The notes under the pieces were generated by a model, which ran no database searches, was not told the DNA's origin, and worked only from the letters and a program-made list of their open reading frames with translations. This document shows positions 24,272 to 64,000 of a DNA stretch of 64,000 bases, piece by piece. Numbering within the stretch: position 1 is the stretch's first letter; every line of letters starts with the position of its first letter. The translations under genes and the position numbers were made by a program. Source of the stretch: the human T2T-CHM13v2.0 reference genome, Homo sapiens; NCBI RefSeq assembly GCF_009914755.1, contig NC_060946.1. One strand, written 5' to 3'.

Positions 24272-24528
24272 GTGTGTGTATGTACATGCATGTGTGTACA
24301 TGTGTGTGCATGTGTGTGGGTGTCCATGTGCATGCATGCATGTGTATGTGTGCGCATGTGTATGTGTGTGCATGCACGTGTGTTTGCATGTGTGCATGTG
24401 TGTGCGTGTCCATGTGTTTGCATGTGGGCAACACATGCATGTGGGCAACCCGCAGGCATGTGCATGTGGGTGTGTGTGCGTGCATGTGTGCGTGTGTGTG
24501 TGCGTGTGCCCGCGTGCAAGAGCATGCA
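24272..24528. repeat. Degenerate (TG)/(CATG) alternating purine-pyrimidine repeat
   Basis: Directly visible. Confidence 0.92.
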
Positions 24529-24804
24529 GGGGGCACAGGGGAGGGAATGCTGATGGGGCAGGGGAACCTCCAGGGCACACAACAGGGTAGCATGGAAGTG
24601 AGTGCGAAGTGAGAGGACCCACAGAGCTGCACGATCACTGCCTGGCCCTGGGAGTGGAGCTGCCTCTGATTCTGAGAAGAGAGCTTTCCCTGCAGAGGGC
24701 TGGCACTAGGTATAGAGTCCACAGAGAACCCAGAGAGAGCCTGCGGTAGCACAAAGGACGTGGGTTCGGAAGACCCGGCTGTGAGTTGCCACCCTGACAC
24801 TCAC

Positions 24805-24857
24805 TCCGTGTGACCTTGAGCAAGTCACTTCACCTCTCAGGGGCTCAGGTTCTGCAT
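24805..24857 (-). CDS. PLA2G6: PLA2G6 alternative 53-nt stop-containing exon (adds CRT*; ankyrin-only iPLA2 isoform), derived from a MIR
   Basis: ttgttttacag| acceptor, GGA|GTGAGT donor; after exon 10 it reads ACA TGC AGA ACC TGA, matching my recollection of the ankyrin-iPLA2-1 C-terminus. Confidence 0.8.
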
Positions 24858-24975
24858 CTGTAAAACAAGGTTACAAATTCCTCCCTGGGAAGGCTATTAG
24901 GAACATGAGAGACTAATAAAGAATAAATGAATCAACTGCAGCAATCAAGGGAGGTGGCGACAGCACAGTGGCTGG
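24808..24975 (+). mobile_element. MIR element (antisense to PLA2G6) hosting the 53-nt exon
   Basis: MIR core TGTGACCTTGAGCAAGTCACTTCACCTCTC...CATCTGTAAAA. Confidence 0.8.
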
Positions 24976-25535
24976 AAACGCATTTGTCCTGGTACCTTGC
25001 CGTGCCAGCTGGCACTGAGTTCAAGCACCCGGGATTATGCCTGAAGGGCAAGGCCTGGGCGTCTTCTCTTTGCATCCTGTCACCCAGGCCCGCCTCTTAC
25101 AATGGGACTAGGTATACAGCAGGTGCTGGGGAAGGCAGCCCACGCCACTATTCTGCAGTGGGAGGTGGTTAAGGAAGCCAGTAGGAGCAGTGGGAAGCAG
25201 CTGCTGAGATCTCCCCAGGGGGGACCCAGGCATCTCCCCCTCTTCTAGCCATAAGGAGATCAGGGAGGGAGGCCAGAACACTGCGCCAGCCCCACCAAGT
25301 CCAAGAAGCCTGGCACCCTGGGCTGGTCTCCAGAGCCTGCACCGCCCAGCATTAATGAACGAGCGACACAGGCTCTCCATGTTCTGTCTCTGCTGAGAAC
25401 TATAAGACTAGGAGCAGAGCCACTTCGCCGGCTGTGAGGGTGCAGAGAGTAAAGCCCTGAGCCCACAACAGGGGGTGGGTGAGGGGCAGGAAAGCGCACA
25501 CGTTCCCCGCTCTGCCCCCGATCTCGATCCACTTA

Positions 25536-25667
<132 letters not shown>

Positions 25668-26572
25668 CTACCCCAGAGGTCCCTAGATCAAACCTGGGCT
25701 GTGCCTCGCCCACGGCCACGCCCTCATCCCCCCACTCCCCCTGTCATCTGTCCCTTCCCCACAGGAAGGACTCTGTCCCAGGAGAAAGCTGAGCCACAGG
25801 CCACAGGAGAGAAATGGGCTGGAGTGGAAAGGGGGGCCCACTGCTCTGGGAAGGGCTCCCCACCCTGCCCAGCCAGCTCCCAGGTTCCCCTCAATCTCTT
25901 CCTCTTGAAACCCCAAGGCATGAATACCCTTGCGTGTCCTCTTCAGACAAAGTGCTTCTTCTTGCATCGGAGCCGATGCTGCAATAACCACCTGGGGCCT
26001 AAGAATTCTTATTCCCTATTGACAGGTGAGGCTCTAAGAGGGTCCATAATTCACCCAAGGTCATTTAGTCAAAAGGCTGAGTCAGGACGTTCCTCGGGGT
26101 TTAAGTCCATGGATGAAAGGAGACATCCCTCGTCCTGATCCCAGGTCTGGAAATCCCAGTGGCCTCCGGGATCAGGCCCACCATCCACTCTGTCCATGTC
26201 TTCCTTTGTGTCCAAGGCCTGCCCGACGTCCACCCAACTGACTAGCTGCCCCTCCTGACAAGCAGCCCAGTCCCCAGGTGCCTGGTGCAGCAGCCCGCGT
26301 GACCCCAACTCTGACAGCCCCCCACCACTGTGCAGAGTCTAGAAGCAGCAAAGCAGAACCGAGGGCTGCGAAGCGGTGTCTCCCCCTCCCCAGGGCACAC
26401 GGCTGCACAGTGAACAAGGGAAGCAGAAGAGTGGCTGAGAGAGGCCGGGGACAGGGTGCAGGGGAGGGGGCGTGTGGTGTGTGCGCAGCTAAGAAGGACG
26501 GATTAGGGAGTGAGAGCTAGAGCTAATGCCGCATGGCTAGGCTCGGTGGCCTCTCCAGGCCCAGGGCGTTAC

Positions 26573-26624
26573 CCATCTGACGCCGCACCCCAGGCCCACC
26601 ATCCGGCCTGGCTTGGGTGACTGC
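26573..26624 (-). CDS. PLA2G6: PLA2G6 alternative 52-nt frameshifting exon (GSHPSQAGWWAWGAASDG; ankyrin-iPLA2-2-type insertion)
   Basis: tctctcaattttgcag| acceptor, TGG|GTAACG donor; the peptide and the shifted exon-10 frame ([26 protein letters not shown]) match my recollection of the ankyrin-iPLA2-2 isoform. Confidence 0.75.
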
Positions 26625-27348
26625 CTGCAAAATTGAGAGATAAAGATGGGAGGTGGAGGGGGAGTTCCTGGGAGGGGAGAGAGAGGTGGAGCCAGGACTA
26701 GAAGCCACAGTCACGGTGCCTCTCCAGAGTTCCAGGCTTGGTCGGGCTACCCTGGCTGAAGGTGCTGCCGCCTCCACAGTGAAGTCTGGCTCACCAAGGA
26801 CTGGCTCCTGGCTGCCCTCTGTTCAGGGGACCCCGCTCCCAAACAATGGAGGTCCCTGAGTGGGCCAGCCCACAGAAAGTCCAGAGAAGGGTCCTGTCTA
26901 GTCTGGGGATGTCTCCCTGGGCACCAAGGAATGCACCGGGGCAGATGCTGGCTGCCTGGCCACATTCAACGTCTGAAAGTCACCACGGGGCCAGGAAGGG
27001 GGCACACAGGTCTCAGGCCCAACCGAGATTCAAACAGTGTGATAGAGGTGAAGCCAGAGGGACAGGTGAAGCCAGAGGGCCCGGGCCCCCAGTCCCCCGA
27101 CAGCACTCCTCACTGCCCACCCTGAACGCCCTGGGGACAGGAGGGCAGTAACAGCAGCCACCTCATGGGTGCCACTGGAAATGCCCAGGCCTGAGACTGT
27201 GTGCAGGACACATCCTCTCAGGGGCAACGGAGCATGGGACATCAGCCAGGGACACCCTAGGCCTCTGGGATCTGTGGGTTGCTGGCTGCCTAGAGGCTGA
27301 CAACTCCGGCCCCATCCTCCCCGGCTTCCTTTAGTGACTTCCGTCCTA

Positions 27349-27600
<252 letters not shown>

Positions 27601-28619
27601 TCATGGTTTGGGGAAGGGGAGATGGCACAGGATCAGAAATGATGTCAACATGCAAAGGAGAGGCCCCTCCTTTCCACACTCCGTCCCCTGTCCCAGCTCC
27701 CAGGCCCTGGGCACGTGGGCTGCTCCAGAGGCCTCAGCCCACCCTGACAGGGAGTGCTGCCCCCAGGCTGGTACATCCCAAGCAGCTTCCTAAGGCCAGG
27801 GAAGGAGGATATGGGAGGAGGAGGTCAGTGTCACCCTGCCCGATGCCTGTGGGAACCCCTTCTTTCCTTCTACTCCAGCCAAGAAAGCAGGAATCCCATG
27901 GCCACATTCAGTGATTCTCAAAAATGCTAAGTGATAGTTCAGGGTTCCAAAGGGACTAATGAGCCAGCCAGGGGGCACCTACTCCATTTGATGGATGGGA
28001 TTGCTGAAAAGGAGGTCATAGATGCGGTGCATGCAGACACACACGTGTGCACTGGCACACACACACTGCTGCCATCAGGTACCTGCCCACAGTGACCCCC
28101 ACAGCTGCTGAAACCCTCCAGAGCGGGCTCCAGGCCTCTGGTGAGGAGGATCTGCTCTGTCCAGCTCTGAAGCTAAGGCTCACTGTGCGAGCGTGCAGCA
28201 CATGGCCATGCACTCTGCCCACACAGGCATGCCCAGAGCTCGTGCAGTGTAGTGCATGCACCCTTGGTCATTCTAGCCAGTGGTTCCATCAGTGAATTCC
28301 CCAACGGTGGGGAAAGAAGGCTGCTGCTGGCTCTCCTGTCCCCACCCCTGCTGGGAATCTTAGCTCCCTGAGGTGGGGGGCGCTGCACGGGAGAGGATGC
28401 TGGTATAGCAAGCCCCGTGGTGGGCCTGCATCTACTGCTCAGGGCCCTTGTGCTTGGGTAAGGAAGCCCCCTCTCTGAGTACGAGGTGCTCCTGGCAGCT
28501 CTGAGCAGGGCGGGTCAGCACAGGATGCTGGCACCTGATGCCTGGGACTTCCCTCCTCCTCGGTCCCTGTATCCACCCAACCCTCACCCCACTCCAGCCC
28601 CAGAGTGCAGAGCACATAC

Positions 28620-28728
28620 GTCTGCCGATTTTGGAGGCTAGGAATGTAGGAGTCTCCCCAAAGTCATTCGGGGTGTCCACTTCTGCTCCGAACACGATGA
28701 GGGCCTTGATCATCTCCACGTTGTCTTT
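28620..28728 (-). CDS. PLA2G6: PLA2G6 exon 8 ([36 protein letters not shown]), ankyrin repeat
   Basis: aacag| ... C|GTATGT, 109 nt. Confidence 0.96.
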
Positions 28729-29169
28729 CTGTTGGAGATGGAGAGAGGATAAGACGTGCAACTGCCGGGGAAGTGAAGAACAAAGGGGCCCCTGGCTGCC
28801 AGCCCCAACCTGTCAACTCACCCAGCGGGCCTCTCCTCAGCACGGGGAGACACTGGAACCCTCCTCACCCCCACCCAAGTCAATCTGGTAGTCCAAAGTC
28901 TGCCATTTGATGGCTGGGGACCTGACAAACAGGCTTAAAAGCACCCACAGGGGAGGGTGTAAGAACCCAGGCAGAAACTAGAAGTGACTCGCCCCTGCTC
29001 TGCCAGCTCCGCCTCCAAAGATGCAGTGCATCTGTGACCCCGACCCAGGAGCCATGGGGACACAGTAGGTCAGCTGCTGATGGCTTTCAGGAGTAGCAAG
29101 GAGAGGGTGGGTGAGGGCAGGGAAGGCCATCTTGCCCACCCAGTCCAGGGTGTCATCCCTGAGGGGTAA

Positions 29170-31573
<2,404 letters not shown>

Positions 31574-31576
31574 TTA

Positions 31577-32272
<696 letters not shown>

Positions 32273-33056
32273 CTACAGGTACTGGGATGTTGGAAAGCGC
32301 TAGCAAGAGGATTCCAGGGGCAGGCCCCAGTTCTAGGGGGGCCTAGACTGCCTCCCATCCCATCAGCATCCCAAGACTAGGGACAAAAAGCCAAAGATGT
32401 GCTGACTGTTTTAAGAGGCTTCTGGTCCTTTCCTAGTGCCAACAGAACCCACTCTCCTTGCAAAGGCTCCTCTGGGGCCTGTCCTGAAGCACCCCGCTCC
32501 CTGCATCCCTCCCTGGAACCCTGCAAAGGTATCACCTCTCACTGGGCCTTGGCAATGCACATCCCTGGCAGAGCCTTGGGAACAGGGAGGGGAGCCTGGC
32601 TTTGGAGTCACAGACCTGAGCCCAAAGCCCAGCTTCACTCATCCCAGCTGCCTGCGCTTGGATGGGTCACTGTAGCCATGTGCACTTCAGGGCTTCTGTG
32701 AAGATGGGAATGCAAGTCCCCACCTCACAGCATGTGATGACAATGAGTGACCAAACCTACACGGAAGGGCCTGACTCGGTGTCCGGCTCCTGGAATGCAG
32801 AGGTACCCTGAGGCTGGCAGTGCCCTCCCTCCTGGCCCATCACATTGAGAAGTAGGCCATGAACTCTGGGGCATCCCATTCTCTGTCAAGCTGTGCTTCC
32901 TGGTGATGAGACCAGAGGCCTCCATCCTCCCAGGAGGACAGAGCTTAGCTTAGGGGAAGAACTCAGAGGAGATGCCCAGCCAGGCTCCCTGTGTGTGCAG
33001 CTAGGCCCAGCACCACCACCACCACCATCATCATCCATCATCATCATCATCATCAT

Positions 33057-33825
<769 letters not shown>

Positions 33826-34144
33826 ATCATCATCACGCCACCTTCTATTTGGGAAGCACTTTACAATTTGTGCCGAGTTTTGTCACACACTGCCTTGCTG
33901 ACTTCATCACATCGCCAAAGCAGAATTCATGGATGAGGAAACTGAGGCACAGGGCGGATCCCCCCGCCCAGCCAGAGAGCAGCAGAGCCCTGCCAGGATC
34001 CCAGCTCTTCATGGACTTCTCTGCCTGCACACCCACTGCAAGGTCAGCCCCCAAGTGCTAGCCTCAGGGTCCTCTCGGGAACCTGCTTCCTGAGGGCCCT
34101 GAGGACCTGCGGGGCCCAGCCCCCTGCCCCACCCACCCACCTCA

Positions 34145-34288
<144 letters not shown>

Positions 34289-34753
34289 CTAGGGTCTGCG
34301 TGGCGTGGGATGAAGCCAGGACTTGGAGCTTCATCTACTGCTTACAGAGAGCATCACTGCAAACAAAGTTCAGCAAACCCAACCAGCACACTCACCATGG
34401 TTAAGGCTGTACTGAGCCCCTCAAGGCACAACTAACCCCCTCCTCCAGGAAGCCTTCCTGATGCTGCCACCAGCAATGATCACCCTCCCTGGTACTGGCT
34501 TTAGAGTCAGATGGGCTTGAAGTCAAGCCCCAGCTTCCTCACTGGTGGCCTCCAGAAGCTGAGCAACATGGAGAGAGTGCTGAGAGGAGTGGCTGGGGTG
34601 TAAGGAAGACCAGGCATTTCAGAGCCCAGTTCTGTGCCTGGCACACAGCCACCCTCCACCTCCTTACCACACTGTCAGTGAGTCACACAGTGACCTGCAT
34701 GCTATAGGAAGCAGTATGACAGAGTGGGAAAGAGCACAATTGCTTTCTACTCG

Positions 34754-35014
34754 GTGCCTGAGGCAAGCAGTGTCCACCAGAGATCTTAGCATCTCCAGCC
34801 TCAGAGCAGAGGCCCCGGGTTCACAAGCCTCATTAGGCCCCGCCTGGCCCAAAGAAAGTGCTCCATCATTGTATCATGGGTAGGAATCTCGGTTCACAAG
34901 TTCAGCTGTGCAAGGAGAAGACTTTAAAATTTTTCTGGCTGGGCGCGGTGTCTCACGCCTGTAATCCCAACACTTTGGGAGGCTGAGGCAGGCGGATCAC
35001 CTGAGGTCGGAAGT
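34754..35014. repeat. Arm A of a ~260-bp inverted duplication (partner 38826-39086)
   Basis: Manual alignment to the reverse complement of 38826-39086: ungapped, 8 mismatches. Confidence 0.95.
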
Positions 35015-35019
35015 ATCAA

Positions 35020-39086
<4,067 letters not shown>

Positions 39087-39149
39087 GGGACAGGTGACAG
39101 GAGAGCTGGAGCCCAGCAGGCCAGCAGATGGGGAGGGGAGGAGGTCTTA

Positions 39150-41467
<2,318 letters not shown>

Positions 41468-41686
41468 CTAATTCTAGACAATAAAACATAATCCAACATC
41501 CTGCCTTTTCTGTTCAATCTAATATATGAAATAGCTATTTAATAGTATCACCCCATCTGCTTGCCCACAATTAAAAAATCACATCTTTTGCCCAGGTAAT
41601 CAAAAACGTTAACAGGAGGGCCTCTGGCACAAATGCCTACAGGAACTGGAGACAGTTTGGTTTGCTTGGTTTGAATTCCTGTAAAA

Positions 41687-41903
41687 TAGGGTTGTCCAAT
41701 ATTTTGGCCTCCCTGGGCCACATCAGAAGAATTGTCTTGGGTCACACATAAAATACATGAACGCTAACAACAGCTGATCTAAAAAAAAGGTCCATGCATG
41801 GATCTCATAATGTTTTAAGAAAGTTTGTGAATTTGTGTTGGGCCACATTCAAAGCCGTCCTGGGCTGCATGCAGCCTGCAGGGCCACAGATTGGACAAGC
41901 TTG
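41687..41903 (+). mobile_element. MER30-type hAT-Charlie DNA transposon relic
   Basis: AGGGTTGTCCAATATTTTGGCCTCCCTGGGCCACAT ... TTGGACAAGCTTG with imperfect TIRs. Confidence 0.8.
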
Positions 41904-42156
41904 CAAAAGGTTAAGCCCAGGTCCCGCTGGCCCACGAGCCCCTCCAGGCAGGCATCTGGCTCACAGTTTGTGCTCAGGAAAAGCGGAACTGAACTAACTG
42001 ACTGGAGCTGGGCCTTTTTTGGGGTTTATTTTGCTGGGTTGGAGGCCGTCCCCAGGTTTATCAAGCAAAGAGACTGAGGACGTGGCTCCTGGAAAAGGGC
42101 TGGGAGGGAAGAGCCAGGGAGGGGTCTGCACCCTCCATGAAGGAGCTCAGGCCTCA

Positions 42157-42576
<420 letters not shown>

Positions 42577-42909
42577 TCAAGGGCATTCCCGCCACTCAGC
42601 TAGTTGGGCTGATTTGAATGTAATTATATCTGATGTGACCTGTATCAGGTTTCTGTTCAGTTTGCTCACTCGTACAAGAGATGGGCCCCAGGGCCACACC
42701 AGCAGGAAGTGGGCAGGGTGGTGGCACAGGAAAGGGTCACAGAACACGGATATCTCACTAGCCTCGGGCAATTCACTTAACCTTTCTGGGCGTCAATATC
42801 CTTATCGACACAAGCTGCTGTGCCTGCCCCAGGAAATGGACAGAGTGATGGTGAGATGAGACAGTGCTGTCCAAAAGCACGCCTGGAAACTAAAGTGCAG
42901 TGAGGGTTT

Positions 42910-44491
<1,582 letters not shown>

Positions 44492-44599
44492 CTGCTCCTT
44501 TTTAAGTCAAACTATGGAGGGGAACCGAGGCCTGCGGCCCCCACTGCCCACACAAGCAGGTACACACACGTTGTCCAAATGGTCTTGTTCCCTTGCTCA

Positions 44600-45031
<432 letters not shown>

Positions 45032-45039
45032 TTAGACTT

Positions 45040-52312
<7,273 letters not shown>

Positions 52313-52457
52313 GCTGGGCGCGGTGGCTCATGCCTGTAATCCCAGCACTTTGGGAGGCCGAGGTGCGTGGATCACCTGAAGTCAGGAGTTTGAGACCAGC
52401 CTGGCCAACACGGAGAATCCCCGTCCCTACTAAAAATACAAAAATTAGCCAGGCATG

Positions 52458-62050
<9,593 letters not shown>

Positions 62051-64000
62051 GGGAGATTCAGGGAGAAGGCTGAGGCTCTGGAGGACACACGGGGGTGTGT
62101 CTCTTCCCTCCCTTCTAGAACCCCAGGCTGAAGCCACCTGGCCTCCACTCAGAAGCCTCTGCTGTGTCTCTGCTGGGGTGGGAGGGGTCTGTGGCTAAGC
62201 CTCAGGGGACCTGCAAACCTCTTGAAAGTGCCTGTGTGAGCCTGTTCTCATTCCCCAGGGACCTCAGGGGGTCCTGGACCAAAAAAAATGCCAAGGACCC
62301 TCACGCTAGAGCAGTACCTGAGTCCCCAGTTTCAAAGCCCAGCACAGGCCCTTCCTGCCCACAGGCTCCCCACAGGGCCCCTCCTCTGTCCTCTGGGCCT
62401 TTCCTAGTACCTTGTCTCTGTAGGGCCTTTCCCTCCAGCTGGTGGAGTCTTCTGGACCCCTTAAGGTCTATCTCTACCCCAGCCACCCCAGTGGAGCCTT
62501 TCCCACGCCCTCTGGTCAACACACTTGGCCTTCAGCAACCATGGATACATCTAGCCACTCGGCAGATATTTACCGTGCACCCACGGAGAGCGTGGCACAC
62601 CACCAGGCATCAGGAACGCAGAGGAGACTTGGCCCCAGGCCCTGTCCCTCAGGAGCCCTGCAGTCTGGAGGGGAAACAGATGTGGAAACAGACCCACGGC
62701 AACCTAAGGCAAGAGGGGCTGTGTCTTGGCCACATGGGGGGTGCTGAGGCTCTGAGTGGGAACAGGACAGGCCCACAGAGCAGGAGCCGTGTGTCCAGCC
62801 AAGGAGTTGGGAAGGAGCATTCTTAGCAGAAGGAGAAGCAAGGGCAAAGAGGCCGTGTCGGGGACAAGGCCTGTGTAGGGAATACAAGGCCCCACTCTAA
62901 AGTTATCTCACTGAAGGCTGGGTACAGAGCCTCCTTTTCTCGCAGAGACCTGCCGCTTTCCACTCTGCTTGGTGAAGATGGGATGTGGGAGGACTGAATG
63001 GATGGAGGAGCTGGCCCCAGAGTACGTGGCCAGGACACAGGGCACTCCACTTATCTGAGGTTTCTGATAAGCAGTTTTATGGCAAAGTCCCAGTCCAGAG
63101 AGCCTCAAAAGTCAGCTCCCGGTAGGGAAGCACAGATCACACACTTCTATCATCCTTCCCAGGATGCCTGGGAGGTACAGCCCTGTTTCTGCTGAGATAC
63201 CAGTGAGAGGCTGGTTGATTTCATCAAATGTCATCTGTTACAAGTCAATGCCAGCCGTAAATGATTAATCTGTACCAGGAACAGAAGTATCTATGCTATC
63301 ATAGTGTACACAGGCATATTACAAGTGACCCCTGGGGGCTCACACGGGGAGAGCCAGGGCCCCCGCACCATAGGTCAGGCAGGAAGGGCCAGGATCAGCC
63401 CAGGCGGGTGGAGCTCCACTCAGCTCGCCACACTACAAAGCAGCCCTGATGTAAGAAAGGTAAACGAGTGGGTTCTGGAGCCAGGTGACAGGGTCTGAAT
63501 AATCGCTACGCTGACCAGCTGTGTGATCTCAAATTCTGCAAGCCTCTGTTTCCTCATCTGTAATAGGAGGTCAGTAATGACCCCACCTCGTGGGACTGTC
63601 GTGAGGATAACATGAGTTACTACTTAGACTAGTGCCAAGCCCAGGCATGCAGGACCTGCTGGGAAACTGCAGATGCTCCTGCTGCTGTCGCTGTCTGTAT
63701 CAGCAGGGTCCAGTCTCTCCGCCCAGCAGCAGTGCTGTGGGACTCTCCGGCCTTAGGTTATACAACCCAAGAATTCAGAAGCTCCTAATTCCATCCCCCA
63801 GGTCCATCCAGAAGCTCAGCCTGGCAGCTCACTGCAGCAACAGCAGCAAAAGAACAACAGAAACTCCTCCACCTGGAGCGGAAGGCTAGCAGCCCACGCT
63901 CACTCTAACACGCGTCAAGTACTCAGGACAGTCCAGAGGCCTCTAGGGCAACACAGGAGGAAGATCGTTTAGAAGGCAGAAACTCAGCCCTGGCCAGAGG

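Noticed and set aside
24149-24800. Six overlapping His/Thr- or Cys/Val-rich ORFs
   Set aside because: Artefact of the TG/CATG repeat.

Overview
Primate DNA, almost certainly human chr22q13.1, carrying two tandem minus-strand genes. Right part: PLA2G6 (calcium-independent phospholipase A2 beta, iPLA2-VIA). Coding exons 3-17 lie at 44816 down to 11338, total 2212 nt including the stop, with all GT-AG boundaries read from the sequence and phases consistent. The rest of the window (44817-64000) is intron 2. The ankyrin repeats, GGGVKG, GTSTG and DGG motifs are intact. The 162-nt long/short cassette exon and two frameshifting cassette exons (52 nt and 53 nt, the latter an exonized MIR) are identifiable. 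About 1 kb past the PLA2G6 poly(A) signal, BAIAP2L2 (Pinkbar, I-BAR protein) begins, with coding exons 1-4 at 9715 down to 5425. The remainder is about 45 Alus plus L1/L2/MIR, LTR and DNA-transposon relics. The most notable unexplained structure is: (1) a ~260-bp, ~97% identical inverted duplication of mostly unique sequence bracketing PLA2G6 intron 5; (2) a perfect 5' splice site (GTAAGT) as the first six bases of PLA2G6 exon 12, a recursive-splicing signature; (3) a ~1.77-kb GA/GACA repeat in BAIAP2L2 intron 1, directly preceded on the sense strand by AATAAA; (4) HNF4, HNF1 and POU4F-like motifs in the PLA2G6 3'UTR and the short intergenic gap; (5) a UGCAUG-rich repeat downstream of the MIR poison exon; (6) an SVA2-like insert nested in an Alu. 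Gene names, exon numbering and repeat-family names come from recognition, not database searches. Repeat boundaries are approximate.
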